A stretch of 64,000 bases of DNA from Thermodesulfobacteriota bacterium (GTDB lineage: Bacteria; Desulfobacterota; Binatia; Bin18): positions 2,688,001 to 2,752,000 of the forward strand of contig OZ219926.1 in NCBI GenBank assembly GCA_964291405.2, read 5' to 3'. This document shows, piece by piece, positions 45,146 through 56,596 of this stretch. Position 1 is the stretch's first letter, and each line of letters opens with the position of its first letter. Made by a program: the position numbers and the translations under genes. The notes below the pieces were generated by a model, which worked only from the letters and a program-made list of their open reading frames with translations, made no database searches and had not been told where the DNA came from.

Positions 45146-48100
45146 ATTGCCATCCGTATCGCCCGTGCGGCTGCCGAACTCGGCATACGGACCGTTGCCA
45201 TTTTCTCCGAAGACGATGCGCAGTCGCTCCATACCCAAAAGACGGACGAAGCGCTACCGCTCCAAGGCCGGGGTGCCGCAGCCTATCTCGATATCGAGCA
45301 GATCATTGCGCTGGCCGCACAGGCGGGCTGCGACGCGATTCATCCCGGCTATGGATTTCTGAGCGAAAACGCGACGTTCGCCCAGCGCTGTGCCGAGGCC
45401 GCGCTGACTTTTGTTGGGCCCCAGGTCGAAACGCTGTCGCTGTTTGGCGACAAAGGACAGGCACGAGCGTTGGCTGAAAAATACGATGTGCCGGTTCTGC
45501 CTGGGACGTCCGGTCCGACGAGTGTAGACGAGGCCAAAGAATTCTTGACATCTCTGGGTACCGGCGGAGCCGTGATGATTAAAGCCCTGGCTGGTGGCGG
45601 CGGCCGTGGTATGCGGGCGGCACAGACGGTCGATGACCTTGAAGCGGCCTACGCGCGGTGCCGGTCCGAAGCAACTGCGGCGTTTGGCAACGGCGATGTG
45701 TATGTTGAGCAACTCATTCCCCGCGCGCGGCATATTGAGGTCCAGGTCGTTGGTGACGGGTCTGGTGCGGTCAGTCATCTTGGCGAGCGTGAGTGCAGCA
45801 TCCAGCGCCGCAACCAGAAGCTGGTAGAAATCGCTCCGTCGCCCGGGCTGTCGCCTGCGCTCAGAGAGCGCTTGAGTTCCGCTGCGGTTCGACTCGCCCA
45901 GGAGGTGCAGTACGCCAGCCTGGGTACGTTCGAGTTTCTGGTTGATGCAGAACATGGCAGCGACAACGCGACATTTGCCTTTATTGAAGCCAATGCACGG
46001 CTGCAAGTCGAGCATACCGTCACCGAAGAAGTGACGGGTGTGGACCTTGTTAAGACACAACTCCGTTTGGCTGCCGGCAGTTCACTTGCCGACCTGAGAC
46101 TCACTCAGGAATGTATTTCCGAGCCACGCGGCTTTGCCATGCAGGTCCGCATCAACATGGAGACCATAGCGTCCGACGGCATGCCGCGCCCGTCAGGTGG
46201 GACCTTATCTGCGTTTGAAGTGCCGTCGGGTCCCGGTCTGCGAACCGACACGTTCGGCTATGTTGGCTATACCACCAGTCCGAGCTTTGATTCCCTGCTG
46301 GCCAAATTGATCGGTTCTTCTCCCTCGTCGGATTTTTCCGATGTCGTGACCAGGACCTATCGGGCGCTGTGTGAATTCAAGATCGAAGGCGTGGCAACAA
46401 ACATCCCATTCCTACAGAGTCTCTTACAGCATCCGGCAGTTCTGAAGAACCAGATCTATACCCGCTTCGTCGAAGACCACAGTGCGGAGCTGGTTCAGGC
46501 GGATCATCATCAGCGTTTCTTTTTCCATGCCGACCGGGCTCAGTCAGAAACTCCAACGTTGGCTGGTGTGAAGGTGGATAGCGTTGATCCTTTGGCCGTG
46601 CTTGAGCACGGTAAGTCCGCGGGCTCGACAGCTGCTGTTGCCACGGCTCCGGTCGGACAGGCACCCGAGGTGAGCGGTCCTGATGGGACCGTCGCCGTCC
46701 CGGCTCCCCTCCAGGGCACTATTGTCAGTCTGGACGTCAGTGAAGGAGACGAGGTGCACGTCGGCCAGCAACTCCTCATCATGGAATCCATGAAGATGGA
46801 ACATGTGATTTCGGCGGAAACGAGCGGCATTATCCGCCAACTGACCGTCGGTCAGGGAGACGCCGTTTTTGAAGGCCACCCGCTTGCCTTTATCGAAGAG
46901 ACCGAGGTAGAGGTGACGGCAGTCGAACACGCGACCGATCTTGACCTCGACTATATCCGTCCGGACCTGGCTGAGATCGTTGAGCGGCACGAGCTGGGTA
47001 TGGACGCCGCCCGGCCCGAGGCGGTGGCGCGGCGGCGGAAGACCGGCCAACGCACGGCGCGTGAGAACATCTATGATATCTGCGACTCCGATACCTATGT
47101 CGAGTATGGGCCCATGGTTATTGCGGCCCAACGGCAGCGGCGTTCATTGGACGATTTAGTGCGCCGCACCCCGGCGGACGGCATGATCGCTGGGGTCGGC
47201 AGGGTCAATGGCGATCTGTTTGACGAAAAAGCCGCGCAGTGCATTGTCATTTCCTACGATTATACTGTGCTGGCCGGGACGCAGGGCTTTAAGAATCACT
47301 ACAAAAAAGATCGTATGTTTGAGTTGGCCGAGCGCTGGAAGCTGCCGGTTGTCTTCTTTGCCGAAGGTGGCGGTGGTCGTCCGGGCGACACCGACTGGTC
47401 GAGTCCATCCGGGTTGGATGTCCCGGCCTTTTATCTGTGGGGCAAGCTCAGCGGCATGGTGCCCCTGGTCGGCATTACCTCAGGCCGGTGTTTTGCCGGC
47501 AATGCGGTGATTCTGGGCTGCTGTGATGTGATTATTGCGACCGCAGGATCGAATATCGGCATGGGTGGCCCGGCCATGATTGAGGGGGGTGGACTGGGTG
47601 TCTTCCGGCCGGAAGAGGTGGGACCGATGGAAGAGCAGGTGCCGAACGGCGTGGTGGATATTCCGGTCAAAGACGAAGCCGAAGCGATCCAGGTGGCGAA
47701 GCAATATCTCTCCTATTTTCAAGGACCAATCGCCGAGTGGGAATGTGCCGACCAACGCCTGTTGCGTTATATCGTGCCGGAGAACCGCCTGCGCGTCTAT
47801 GAAATCCGCGATGTGATCGAGACCCTGGCCGACACCGGTTCTGTGCTGGAAATCCGCAAGCATTTTGGTATCGGCATGGTAACGTCCTTTGTGCGGATTG
47901 AGGGACGCCCGGTTGGTGTGATTGCCAACAACCCCAAACATCTGGGTGGAGCCATTGATTCTGACGCGGCGGACAAAGCCACACGGTTCATGCAGTTGTG
48001 TGATGCGTTTGACATTCCCATTCTTATGCTGTGCGATACACCGGGCAATATGGTTGGCCCCGAGTACGAAAAGGCCGCTCTGGTACGTCACTGTTGTCGC

Positions 48101-48511
48101 ATGTTTGTGACCGGCGCAAGCCTGACTGTGCCGTTCTTCACCATCGTGTTGCGAAAGTCGTACGGACTCGGCGCGCAAGGGATGGCCGGGGGGAGCTTCA
48201 AAGCTCCGGCTTTTGCGGTGTCCTGGCCAACGGGCGAGTTTGGTGGCATGGGGCTGGAGGGCGCGGTAAAGCTGGGCTACCGCAAAGAGTTGGAGGCGGA
48301 GACGGACCCGCATAAGCGCAAAGAACTCTACGAACAGCTCGTCGCCAAGATGTACGAAAGCGGCAAAGCGCTCAGCACCGCAACCTACTTCGAGATTGAT
48401 GACGTGATTGATCCCGCCGAGTCCCGGCGCTGGATTATGGCCGCCCTGCGCTCCTCGCCTCTGCCTGTTCCACGGACAGAAAAAAAACGACCGTGTATCG
48501 ATACGTGGTGA
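45146..48511 (+). pseudogene. Single-chain acyl-CoA carboxylase (BC-BCCP-CT fusion), apparently 5'-truncated
   Basis: Frame reads IAIRIARAAAELG...HPGYGFLSEN from 45146 but lacks the N-terminal LIANRGE and a canonical start (in-frame TGA at 45122); ESMKME biotin site and carboxyltransferase domain intact. Confidence 0.6.
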
Positions 48512-48641
48512 CGAGAACGGGTTACGACCCGCTCTGTTTAGATCGGCCGCTTATACGTCGCTCCCCGTGACCTATCCCGAAGGCGCGCTCCGCATCGCAG
48601 CTTGAAGCCGGCCACTACGCCCATTCTGCTCCGATCTGAGG

Positions 48642-49424
48642 CTACCGTCCCACAAAATTTCCGGGTCGCCGCTCAGCCACGGCTTTAATGCCCTCTTTGT
48701 GGTCTTCCGTTTGCTGGAGGCGGTGCTGCTCTCGAAATTCGTGATCCGTCGCCGCTTTGACCGCAGCCGCAATACCGTCTCGCATGGTTGCCCGCACGGA
48801 CTGCACGGCCAGGGGTGCACTCTCGGCGATTTCCTGGGCGAGGGCGAGCGCGGCCGAGCGGACGTTGTCCTTTGTGGTCAGGACCTCGCCCAGGCCCCAG
48901 CTATAGGCCTCCTCGCCACCTATCCTCCTGCCGGTTTGAAAAATCAGGTTTGCGCGTGGCTCACCGATCAGACGGGGGAGGGTATAGGTCAGGCCGAAGC
49001 CCGGATGAAAGCCGAGTTTGACAAAGTTTGCCGCAAATCGTGTTTCCGGGCAGAGCACGCGGAAATCGGGTACCAATGCGAGTCCAAAGCCGCCCCCAAT
49101 CGCTGCCCCCTGGACCGCGCCAACAACCGGCTTCCTGCAAGAAAACAGTCGCACGGCCTGGGCGTAGAGCGGATTGCCGGTTTCGACATCGCGCAGGTCA
49201 CGCTCCGCCTGGCCACTGTGAAAATTTGCCCCGGCACAAAAATGTTTGCCGTCTGCCGCAAGGACGATAGCTCGACAATCCGTTTCTTTATCCAGGTTTT
49301 CAAATGCATCAGCCAGGGACTGGATGAGGGCCGTATCAAAGAAATTGTTTGGCGGTCGTTGAATCTCAGCGGTTGCTACATAATCGGCCAAGCTTACTTC
49401 AACATCTCCGTAGCGTGTCTCCAT
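48642..49424 (-). CDS. Enoyl-CoA hydratase/isomerase family
   Basis: FCAGA, KPVVGAVQGAAIGGG, EG..A..ERRPGNF. Confidence 0.93.
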   Translation of the reverse strand: METRYGDVEVSLADYVATAEIQRPPNNFFDTALIQSLADAFENLDKETDCRAIVLAADGKHFCAGANFHSGQAERDLRDVETGNPLYAQAVRLFSCRKPVVGAVQGAAIGGGFGLALVPDFRVLCPETRFAANFVKLGFHPGFGLTYTLPRLIGEPRANLIFQTGRRIGGEEAYSWGLGEVLTTKDNVRSAALALAQEIAESAPLAVQSVRATMRDGIAAAVKAATDHEFREQHRLQQTEDHKEGIKAVAERRPGNFVGR

Positions 49425-49725
49425 CGGTGTGCTCCTTTTACTGTATCAGCTTTCCTCTCTCTGCAGGGCTGTCGTTGCCCATCGGATATAGCACTATCCT
49501 AAGGCTCCCGGTAGCGTTCCTAAATTTTGTTCTTCTCCAGACTCTCACGGTTGGGCGGGGTATGGAATTTGATGAGGTCCTGTCGACAGACTGGGCTGAC
49601 GCAACCCCTGTTGCTCGGGGCGAAAAGATGCAAACAAACCACATCTGCACTGTGGATTAGCGCGGTTTGACGCTATACTGTCACCCGGACACCGTCTCAA
49701 GTCTTCCCCTCAGAAAAGGAAGTTC

Positions 49726-50625
49726 ATGGCAGGACAACACATTCTCGGGCCGACCTCGCATTATTTCTACTCACAGCGTCTCAAGCTACACTATGTTGAC
49801 TGGGGCAACCCTGACAAACCCTTGCTCGTTCTGATCCATGGCGGGCGGGATCATTGTCGGAATTGGGACTGGGTCGCTCAGACGTTGCGCGGAGATTATC
49901 ATATCGTTGCCCCGGATTTACGCGGACATGGCGATTCGGAGTGGGCTCGCGGCAGTGAGTACTCGATGATTGACCATGTCGTCGATATTGCGCAGCTTTT
50001 GGCTCAGCTCGACTTGTTTCCAGTCACGTTAATTGGGCATTCTCTCGGCGGTGGTATCGTGCTCCAGTATGCCGGTGTATATCCTGAAAAAGTGGTCAAG
50101 GTCATGTCCATTGAGGGCTGGGGACCCCCTCCGCAGATGCTCAAAGAGCAGCCGAAAAGTGCGTTTGAGCGGATGCAACACTGGGTCGATGAAATGCGTG
50201 GGTTCGCCGGTCGCCTGCCAAAGCGCTACAAGACGCTGGAAGAGGCGGTCGAACGTATGCGTGAAGCCAACCCCCATCTCAGCCCGGAGCAGGCCCACCA
50301 TCTGACCGTGTATGGAACCCACCGCAACGAGGACGGAACCTATACCTGGAAGTTTGACAACTATGTTCGTGCCCGCTCACCGTATCGCTTCAATATGGCG
50401 GATGCCCAAGAAATCTGGGGACGTATTACCTGCCCGCTTCTCCTGTTGCGGGGCGGTGAATCCTGGGCGGTTGATCTGGAGAAAGATCATGAGCGCGCAA
50501 AGGCATTCCACAATCCCCGTCTGGTGACGATCCCCAAGGCTGGCCACTGGGTTCATCACGACCAGCTTGAGCATTTCTTGCAGGTAACTACGGAGTTCTT
50601 ACTCCCATCCAGATCAGCGGGGTAG
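49726..50625 (+). CDS. Alpha/beta hydrolase
   Basis: HGG, DLRGHGDS, GHSLGG, GHWVHHD. Confidence 0.93.
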   Translation: MAGQHILGPTSHYFYSQRLKLHYVDWGNPDKPLLVLIHGGRDHCRNWDWVAQTLRGDYHIVAPDLRGHGDSEWARGSEYSMIDHVVDIAQLLAQLDLFPVTLIGHSLGGGIVLQYAGVYPEKVVKVMSIEGWGPPPQMLKEQPKSAFERMQHWVDEMRGFAGRLPKRYKTLEEAVERMREANPHLSPEQAHHLTVYGTHRNEDGTYTWKFDNYVRARSPYRFNMADAQEIWGRITCPLLLLRGGESWAVDLEKDHERAKAFHNPRLVTIPKAGHWVHHDQLEHFLQVTTEFLLPSRSAG

Positions 50626-50644
50626 CTGCGCCGGTGGAGCGGAT

Positions 50645-51313
50645 TCAGGACGCCAAGGTAATCGGCGACACCACCTTTTCCTGGAGCCAGTTGGACAGGT
50701 CGGTCAGGCTGCGAGCATTGATTTCGTGACCCATATCATACTCCCGGTAGGTCACGGGCGCTTTGACATCACGCAGGATTTCGACGGACTGGCGGGCTCG
50801 GCCCACATCGACCAACTCGTCCTTACTGCCGTGTTGGACCAGCACGGGAAGTTGCTCGGTTGCCGGCACGTCCGGTAATGCGGTCAGCATATCTTTCGGC
50901 AGCCACGAACTCAGCGCCGTGAGTCCGGCAAAGCGCTCGGGCTCGCCCAGGGCCAGGCTATAACCCATGACCCCACCTTGGCTAAAACCCAGCACGCACA
51001 GTTTTTTGGAATCAACAGGATAGCGCTGGATTGCTTCGTCGAGGAAGGTGCGAATGGTCTCGCGCGCAGAGAGAACCGACTGGACATCGATCGGTCCGCC
51101 ACTCGTCAGCGGAAACCAGCCGTGACCAATCATGTTCGGACCGATGGGGACCTGAATCGGACCCTGTGGACAGAGTACAAGAAACTGGCCTCGACATAGA
51201 TGCGGAGATAAGCCCAGGAGGTCGAGCGCATTGGCTCCCCAGCCGTGCAGGGCAAGAATGGTTGGATGTGGGCCTGCACCTTCGGGCTCAAAAACCGTGT
51301 GGATAAGATTCAT
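50645..51313 (-). CDS. Phospholipase/carboxylesterase
   Basis: LHGWG, GFSQG, HGSKD, MGHEI. Confidence 0.92.
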   Translation of the reverse strand: MNLIHTVFEPEGAGPHPTILALHGWGANALDLLGLSPHLCRGQFLVLCPQGPIQVPIGPNMIGHGWFPLTSGGPIDVQSVLSARETIRTFLDEAIQRYPVDSKKLCVLGFSQGGVMGYSLALGEPERFAGLTALSSWLPKDMLTALPDVPATEQLPVLVQHGSKDELVDVGRARQSVEILRDVKAPVTYREYDMGHEINARSLTDLSNWLQEKVVSPITLAS

Positions 51314-51426
51314 CGTCCTCGATTCCTTTCAGCTCCCACCGCCTGAGCGTGTGGTTCTTACTGTTTCTCCATCTTACCATGCCTCTTGTTCCTGTGTGAG
51401 GGACAGAAAAAATGGACGGACCTCTC

Positions 51427-52446
51427 CTATTTTTTCGGAACCTGTTCCAGCAGTAGTTCGATGATCTGGTCGGCACTAATACCTTCCGCCTCAGCCTGAA
51501 AGTTCAGCAGACAGCGATGCCGCAGGGCCGACAGCGCAACGTCGGTGATATCCTCAAAACTGACGTGCACCCGCCCGTCGAGCAGGGCGTTGACCTTGGC
51601 CCCCAAGGTGAGTGCCTGAGCCCCACGCGGGCTGGGACCATAGCGGAGATAGTGCGTGACCTCAGGTACCGGAGAATTCGGATTGCTGGGCGTGGCTGCC
51701 TCAATAAGCCGGGCAATATACAAACTCAGCGGAGGAGCCAGCAAGACCTCACGCACCAGATTCTGCATCTCGGCGATGAGGGCCGGAGCCGTATCCGCCG
51801 AGAGGACCGGATTGATGCGGTACTGCGTCTCTTTTGTGGTGCGCTCAAGAATTTCAGCCACCTCATCCGCGCTGGGCGCTTCGATAACCAGCTTGAGCAG
51901 AAAACGGTCCAGTTGCGCTTCGGGGAGCGGGTAAGTCCCCTCGATCTCAACTGGGTTCTGGGTCGCCACAACAAGAAAAGGTGGCGTGAGGGTATGCGTC
52001 TCTCCAAAAACAGTGACCTGCTGCTCCTCCATCGCTTCGAGGACAGCTGACTGGGTCTTGGGCGTGGCCCGGTTAATCTCGTCTGCCAGAACGATATTGG
52101 CAAAGACCGGCCCGGGCTTGAATTCAAAATAGCGCTTGCCGTCAGCGCCTTCAGACAGGACTTGGGTCCCAACAATATCAGACGGCATGAGGTCCGGCGT
52201 AAACTGAATACGCTTGGCGCTCAACGCGAGGGCCTGGCTGAGTGACTTGGCCATCAGCGTCTTGCCCAGACCCGGCACGCTTTCAATAAGGACATGCCCA
52301 CCGGCAAAAAAGGCGGTTAAGATCTTCCGCAAGATATTCCGCTGGCCAACGATGAGCTGGCCGACTTCTTCTTCGATGGTCGCAAAGATGTGTCGAAAGT
52401 GTTCAACCCGTTGTTCTGAGGATAGGGGGGATGACGAAGCTGGCAT
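51427..52446 (-). CDS. MoxR-family AAA+ ATPase
   Basis: PGLGKT, RIQFTPDLMPSDI, DEINRA, EGTYPLPEAQLDRF. Confidence 0.95.
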   Translation of the reverse strand: MPASSSPLSSEQRVEHFRHIFATIEEEVGQLIVGQRNILRKILTAFFAGGHVLIESVPGLGKTLMAKSLSQALALSAKRIQFTPDLMPSDIVGTQVLSEGADGKRYFEFKPGPVFANIVLADEINRATPKTQSAVLEAMEEQQVTVFGETHTLTPPFLVVATQNPVEIEGTYPLPEAQLDRFLLKLVIEAPSADEVAEILERTTKETQYRINPVLSADTAPALIAEMQNLVREVLLAPPLSLYIARLIEAATPSNPNSPVPEVTHYLRYGPSPRGAQALTLGAKVNALLDGRVHVSFEDITDVALSALRHRCLLNFQAEAEGISADQIIELLLEQVPKK

Positions 52447-52453
52447 GCTGCTC

Positions 52454-53914
52454 CTACTGTAAGATCGCTCGGTATTCGAGTGGAATGCGCTGCTGGGGAG
52501 CATTTTTCTCTGGCGGACGCTCGGCGAGTGGGGCGTTGCTATAGGGCGTGGTTGGGACCGCCGGGCTGGTATTTTCGGTCAGTTCCTGGCTGTCTTGTTT
52601 CGCCTCGATACCGGTCGGAATACGAACTTTGACATAGCGGGCAGCCTGAGTCAGGAATCCGCCGGGCTGCTCGCCTGGCTTGTAAAAACGCTCGCCTTTT
52701 CCTCGCCCGCCAGATTGTCCGGGCTGATTGCCCGACTGCTCTGGGGACTGCTGAGGCTGTTTTCTCTCGTTGCTCTGCTGTGTGGCGTGACGGTGCTGTT
52801 CACGTCCTGCTTTGTGTGGGTCTACCCCGGAAGGTGGCTGCTGGGCGTCCGGTTGTTGGCCGGGTTGCGGTGCTTGTTGCTGTTGACCGGATGTATTCTG
52901 TTGGGCCTGTTGCTTACCTTTTTGTTCTTGAGGCTGGGGCCGGTCAAATTTGATGCCACCGCCGGATTCCTGGGGGGTATTTTGCTGCTGTGACTGTTGA
53001 TTGTCTGACTGATCCGTCTGATTTGTATTCTGCCCGCCCGGTTGCGTCTCGTTCCTCTGAGCAGACAGCGACTTCTTGAGTTGCTCCAGATTTTCATTCG
53101 TTTTCGCCAGTGGTGTGTGCTCCGGCTGTGGGCTATCGCCCTGGTTGCCTGGACTATCGTCTTGTTTGCTGTCGCTCCCAAAGATTTTGAGGTCAAGCGG
53201 AAGAATCTGCGGTATCGGCAGTGGCAGATTCATGCGTTTTTGCGCCTCGTCAATCAGGCGCATCTTCTCCTGAGGGGTCAGAGTTGGATTCTTGAGATCC
53301 TGAGAGAGGACGAGGAGTTGTGCTCCGACTTGCTGTTCTTCAGGGGAAGACTGTGAACGGACCAACTGCCGGGCCATATCTTCAATATTCTGGAGCAGGG
53401 TCTCAGTCGTCGGCGCAACAGGTGAGGGGCCACTTGGAGCCAGGGCAGCGCTGCCGGATGGTAAAAACAAGAAGAGCAGGCCACTCAGGACTGCGCCGAC
53501 ACACGCAAACGGAACCCGCCTGTCGAGATGGAAGGGCAGGTCGCGCTCGGGAACGAAGAAGGCGGCCTTCCGGGCGGCTTGGCTCCGAACCTGGGCCAAG
53601 AAGTCTGAGGAAGATGGCAGGGTTGCCAGAGTGAGGAAGCGCTCCTGGCCAGCCGTCTTCTCATCCAGCAGGCGGGCAATGCTCTCGTCCGGGTAGCTCT
53701 TTTTCCCCTGTCTGAGGGATTGTAGTAGAAAACCGAAGACGACGACGGGTGGAAGAAAAGCAAATTCGATGGGTAGCGCACATGCCAGGATCAGACTGTA
53801 TCCCAGGAAAAAAATCGCAGTCCCTAGGGGGAGAAAAAAACCGAGGGTATTGACGCTCCGCTGCCACAGCACACGACGAGCCGTCGTGGTGAAGAGTTGG
53901 GATAAGCTATCCAT
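52454..53914 (-). CDS. Hypothetical membrane protein with Gln/Gly-rich low-complexity C-terminal region
   Basis: Three hydrophobic segments, Q-rich tail, ends IPLEYR; start overlaps mltG stop and gene ends just before moxR. Confidence 0.7.
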   Translation of the reverse strand: MDSLSQLFTTTARRVLWQRSVNTLGFFLPLGTAIFFLGYSLILACALPIEFAFLPPVVVFGFLLQSLRQGKKSYPDESIARLLDEKTAGQERFLTLATLPSSSDFLAQVRSQAARKAAFFVPERDLPFHLDRRVPFACVGAVLSGLLFLFLPSGSAALAPSGPSPVAPTTETLLQNIEDMARQLVRSQSSPEEQQVGAQLLVLSQDLKNPTLTPQEKMRLIDEAQKRMNLPLPIPQILPLDLKIFGSDSKQDDSPGNQGDSPQPEHTPLAKTNENLEQLKKSLSAQRNETQPGGQNTNQTDQSDNQQSQQQNTPQESGGGIKFDRPQPQEQKGKQQAQQNTSGQQQQAPQPGQQPDAQQPPSGVDPHKAGREQHRHATQQSNERKQPQQSPEQSGNQPGQSGGRGKGERFYKPGEQPGGFLTQAARYVKVRIPTGIEAKQDSQELTENTSPAVPTTPYSNAPLAERPPEKNAPQQRIPLEYRAILQ

Positions 53915-54914
53915 TACGCGAGCCACGTTTCTGAAACCGGCGAACCGCGCGATTATGATCCGCGAGCCGGGAAGAGAACACGTGGGTGCCATCTCCCCTG
54001 GCAACAAAATAGAGGTAGTTCGTTTCGGCTGGGGAGAGGACGGCCTGAATAGCCGCGAGCCCCGGGTTGGCAATTGGGCCAGGCGGAAGACCGGTAAACA
54101 GATAGGTATTATACGGCGTGGGCGTACGTAGATGGCGGCGTGTCAGATTCCCGTCAAAGTTTGGAATGCCGTAGATGACGGTTGGATCACACTGGAGTGG
54201 AATATTTTGACGGAGCCGATTGTGAAAGACTCCGGCAATCAGCGGACGTTCCTCTGCGGCCCCGGTCTCTTTCTCAATGAGCGAGGCCAGGGTCAGAACC
54301 TCATGCTGGGAGAACCCCAACTCCTGGGCCTGCTGTTGCATGGCCGGGGTGAAGACTTCATACAGACGTGTGACCATACGTCCCAGGATATCCACAGCAG
54401 AGCTTTGCTTTGAAAAAAAATAGGTGTCCGGGTACAGGTAGCCTTCAAGTCCGTATTCCTGGAGGTCCCATTTGGCTAAGAACTGAGGAGAGATGCTCAG
54501 AGACAGGAATTGCTCTTGAGGACCAAACCCTTGGTCTTCCAGTCTTTTGGCAATGTGTTTGAGTGTCAGTCCTTCCGGAATGGTAACCATGTGATGGATG
54601 ACCTGTCCTTGGGTCAACGTTTCGAGCAACCTCCGCGGGGTCAGCGGGGTTTCTAGGATATACTCCCCACTTTGTATGGAGCGATCTTTACCTATGAATT
54701 GCGCCCAGAAACGAAATGGCTGAACGCTTACCAGTATGCCTTCGGCAACAAGCATCTGCGCTGTTTGTTGGAGGGTACTGCCCGGAGAGATAAAGATTCG
54801 AGCAGGGGCCGCTAAAGGCGGACCTGGGGTGTTGAGCCGGGCATAGACGTAACAGGCAGTGAGTCCGCTGACGCCAATAATAAAACACGCAATAAGAGGC
54901 AGGACTTTTTTCAC
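53907..54914 (-). CDS. mltG: Endolytic transglycosylase MltG
   Basis: TIPEG, LEGYLYPDTY, LASLIEKE, LQCDPTV.Y, GLPPGPIANPG, YLYFVA. Confidence 0.95.
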   Translation of the reverse strand: MKKVLPLIACFIIGVSGLTACYVYARLNTPGPPLAAPARIFISPGSTLQQTAQMLVAEGILVSVQPFRFWAQFIGKDRSIQSGEYILETPLTPRRLLETLTQGQVIHHMVTIPEGLTLKHIAKRLEDQGFGPQEQFLSLSISPQFLAKWDLQEYGLEGYLYPDTYFFSKQSSAVDILGRMVTRLYEVFTPAMQQQAQELGFSQHEVLTLASLIEKETGAAEERPLIAGVFHNRLRQNIPLQCDPTVIYGIPNFDGNLTRRHLRTPTPYNTYLFTGLPPGPIANPGLAAIQAVLSPAETNYLYFVARGDGTHVFSSRLADHNRAVRRFQKRGSRNG

Positions 54915-55005
54915 CGCCGCCCAACCTACCACCGGTATGGCGGCGAAACAATGTCGGGCGATATCTCCTTGACTTTTCTGCGCTCTGCTGGCAACTTTTG
55001 TGACC

Positions 55006-56517
55006 ATGCAAAGCCGATGGCTGGAGTATTGCAAGGAAATACTCTCTATCTTCCCCGGACGCCAGAACGGCCACGTTCAGGCGCTGCTTATCGCCCCTAT
55101 CCTGGCAGTCGGCTTCCTTGGGTTTATTGTTCGGGCGGCAAACCCGGCCGTTGACCCTTCTTTTGCCAAAAACGAGGTGACCGCTCAGGTCCAACAACGT
55201 TTGAACGAGATTCAGCAAAGAAGCGATGTTCCGGGTCATGTAGAGCCGGCTTCGACCGGAGCGCAACCGACTCCGGAAGAGAAAGAAGACACGGCCCCGT
55301 CCGTTCTCGTTACCCTTCCCCCGTTGCCTGAGCTAGTAACGCCGATAGGCATGCCGCACCACATCGTGCATGCCATTAAGCCGCACGAGACGTTTGGGGG
55401 GATTCTGAAAGAAGAAGGGCTCTCGCCTCAACAGACCGCCGCATGGATCAGTGCGGCGCAACAAAGGGCTGAGGTGCGGAGGTTGCAAGTTGGACGCACC
55501 ATAACGTTTTCCTATGAGCCCGATCACAATGGGACGCCAACGCTGCGAACCGTTTCCTGTAGTATTAATCAGGACACTTCACTCGTGTTTGAGCAGGATG
55601 AGAGCGGGCACATTCAGTCACGAATCGAGACCACTCCCACGACCCTTGTCTGGCGTGCCGTTGGTGGCCGCATTACCCATAGTTTGGGTTGGGCAGCCAG
55701 AAAAATAGGTGTCCCGGCCGGTATCATCGATGCGGTGGCAGATATGGGCTGGGATCTGAACCTTTCATACGACCTTCAGCCGGGTGACCCATTCAAAATC
55801 ATTTTTGAGGAAATTCAGCATAACGGGCAAGCAGTGAAGCATGGTAAAGTGCTTGCCGCAGAAATCGTGAACAAGGGGAAAAGACACCTCGTCTTTCCTT
55901 TCGACGTGGAAGAAGGGATTGGGGTTGGGCGGCAGTTTCTGCGCTACCCTGTCCGATTCACCCGTATCTCGTCGGTTTTTAGCGATGCCCGGATGCATCC
56001 CATTTACAAACGGAAACGTCCCCACCGTGGCGTGGATTTCGCCGCCCCAACGGGAACACCGGTACGCGCGGTGGCAGATGGCAAGGTTACTTACGCCGGC
56101 TGGAAAGGCAACTATGGCCGTTTTCTCAAGATTGACCATGCTGGACCCTATAGTTCGGCATACGCCCACCTGCGACGCATCAAAAAAGGAGTGAGAGCCG
56201 GAACCTTTGTAAAAAGGGGACAGGTCATCGGCTATGTCGGGTCTTCAGGGGCCGCAACCGGCCCGCACCTGCACTTTGAGATGCATAAAAACGGTCGGTA
56301 TATCAATCCATTGAAAAAAGTGCCGACACAGAATATCTTTGCCGGGCAAAAAAGACCGCCTGCAGCGCGGCCTGACCCACAGCTCGCGGCAATACGAAAG
56401 AAGCTGGAAGAGTATCTCGCTAGGCTGAGTGTACAGAACGGACCTGAGAGCCGGATCTATACGGCCATCCCACGGATTCAAACCGCTGCCAGCGCGGCCG
56501 TTGAGCCACAGGCGTAA
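55006..56517 (+). CDS. M23-family peptidoglycan endopeptidase
   Basis: HRGVDFAAP.GTPV.A..DG, YAHL, GAATGPHLHFE; N-terminal TM. Confidence 0.92.
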   Translation: MQSRWLEYCKEILSIFPGRQNGHVQALLIAPILAVGFLGFIVRAANPAVDPSFAKNEVTAQVQQRLNEIQQRSDVPGHVEPASTGAQPTPEEKEDTAPSVLVTLPPLPELVTPIGMPHHIVHAIKPHETFGGILKEEGLSPQQTAAWISAAQQRAEVRRLQVGRTITFSYEPDHNGTPTLRTVSCSINQDTSLVFEQDESGHIQSRIETTPTTLVWRAVGGRITHSLGWAARKIGVPAGIIDAVADMGWDLNLSYDLQPGDPFKIIFEEIQHNGQAVKHGKVLAAEIVNKGKRHLVFPFDVEEGIGVGRQFLRYPVRFTRISSVFSDARMHPIYKRKRPHRGVDFAAPTGTPVRAVADGKVTYAGWKGNYGRFLKIDHAGPYSSAYAHLRRIKKGVRAGTFVKRGQVIGYVGSSGAATGPHLHFEMHKNGRYINPLKKVPTQNIFAGQKRPPAARPDPQLAAIRKKLEEYLARLSVQNGPESRIYTAIPRIQTAASAAVEPQA

Positions 56518-56596
56518 TTGCCTGTCTTGGGCCTCCCTATTTTGTTCCTATCCTTTGGGAATACGCGACTTCCCGTTCAAAAGCCCCTATAAAACC

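Noticed and set aside
48512-48641. Short hairpins between the carboxylase and enoyl-CoA hydratase genes
   Set aside because: Imperfect and single-copy; no tRNA fold or clear terminator could be supported.
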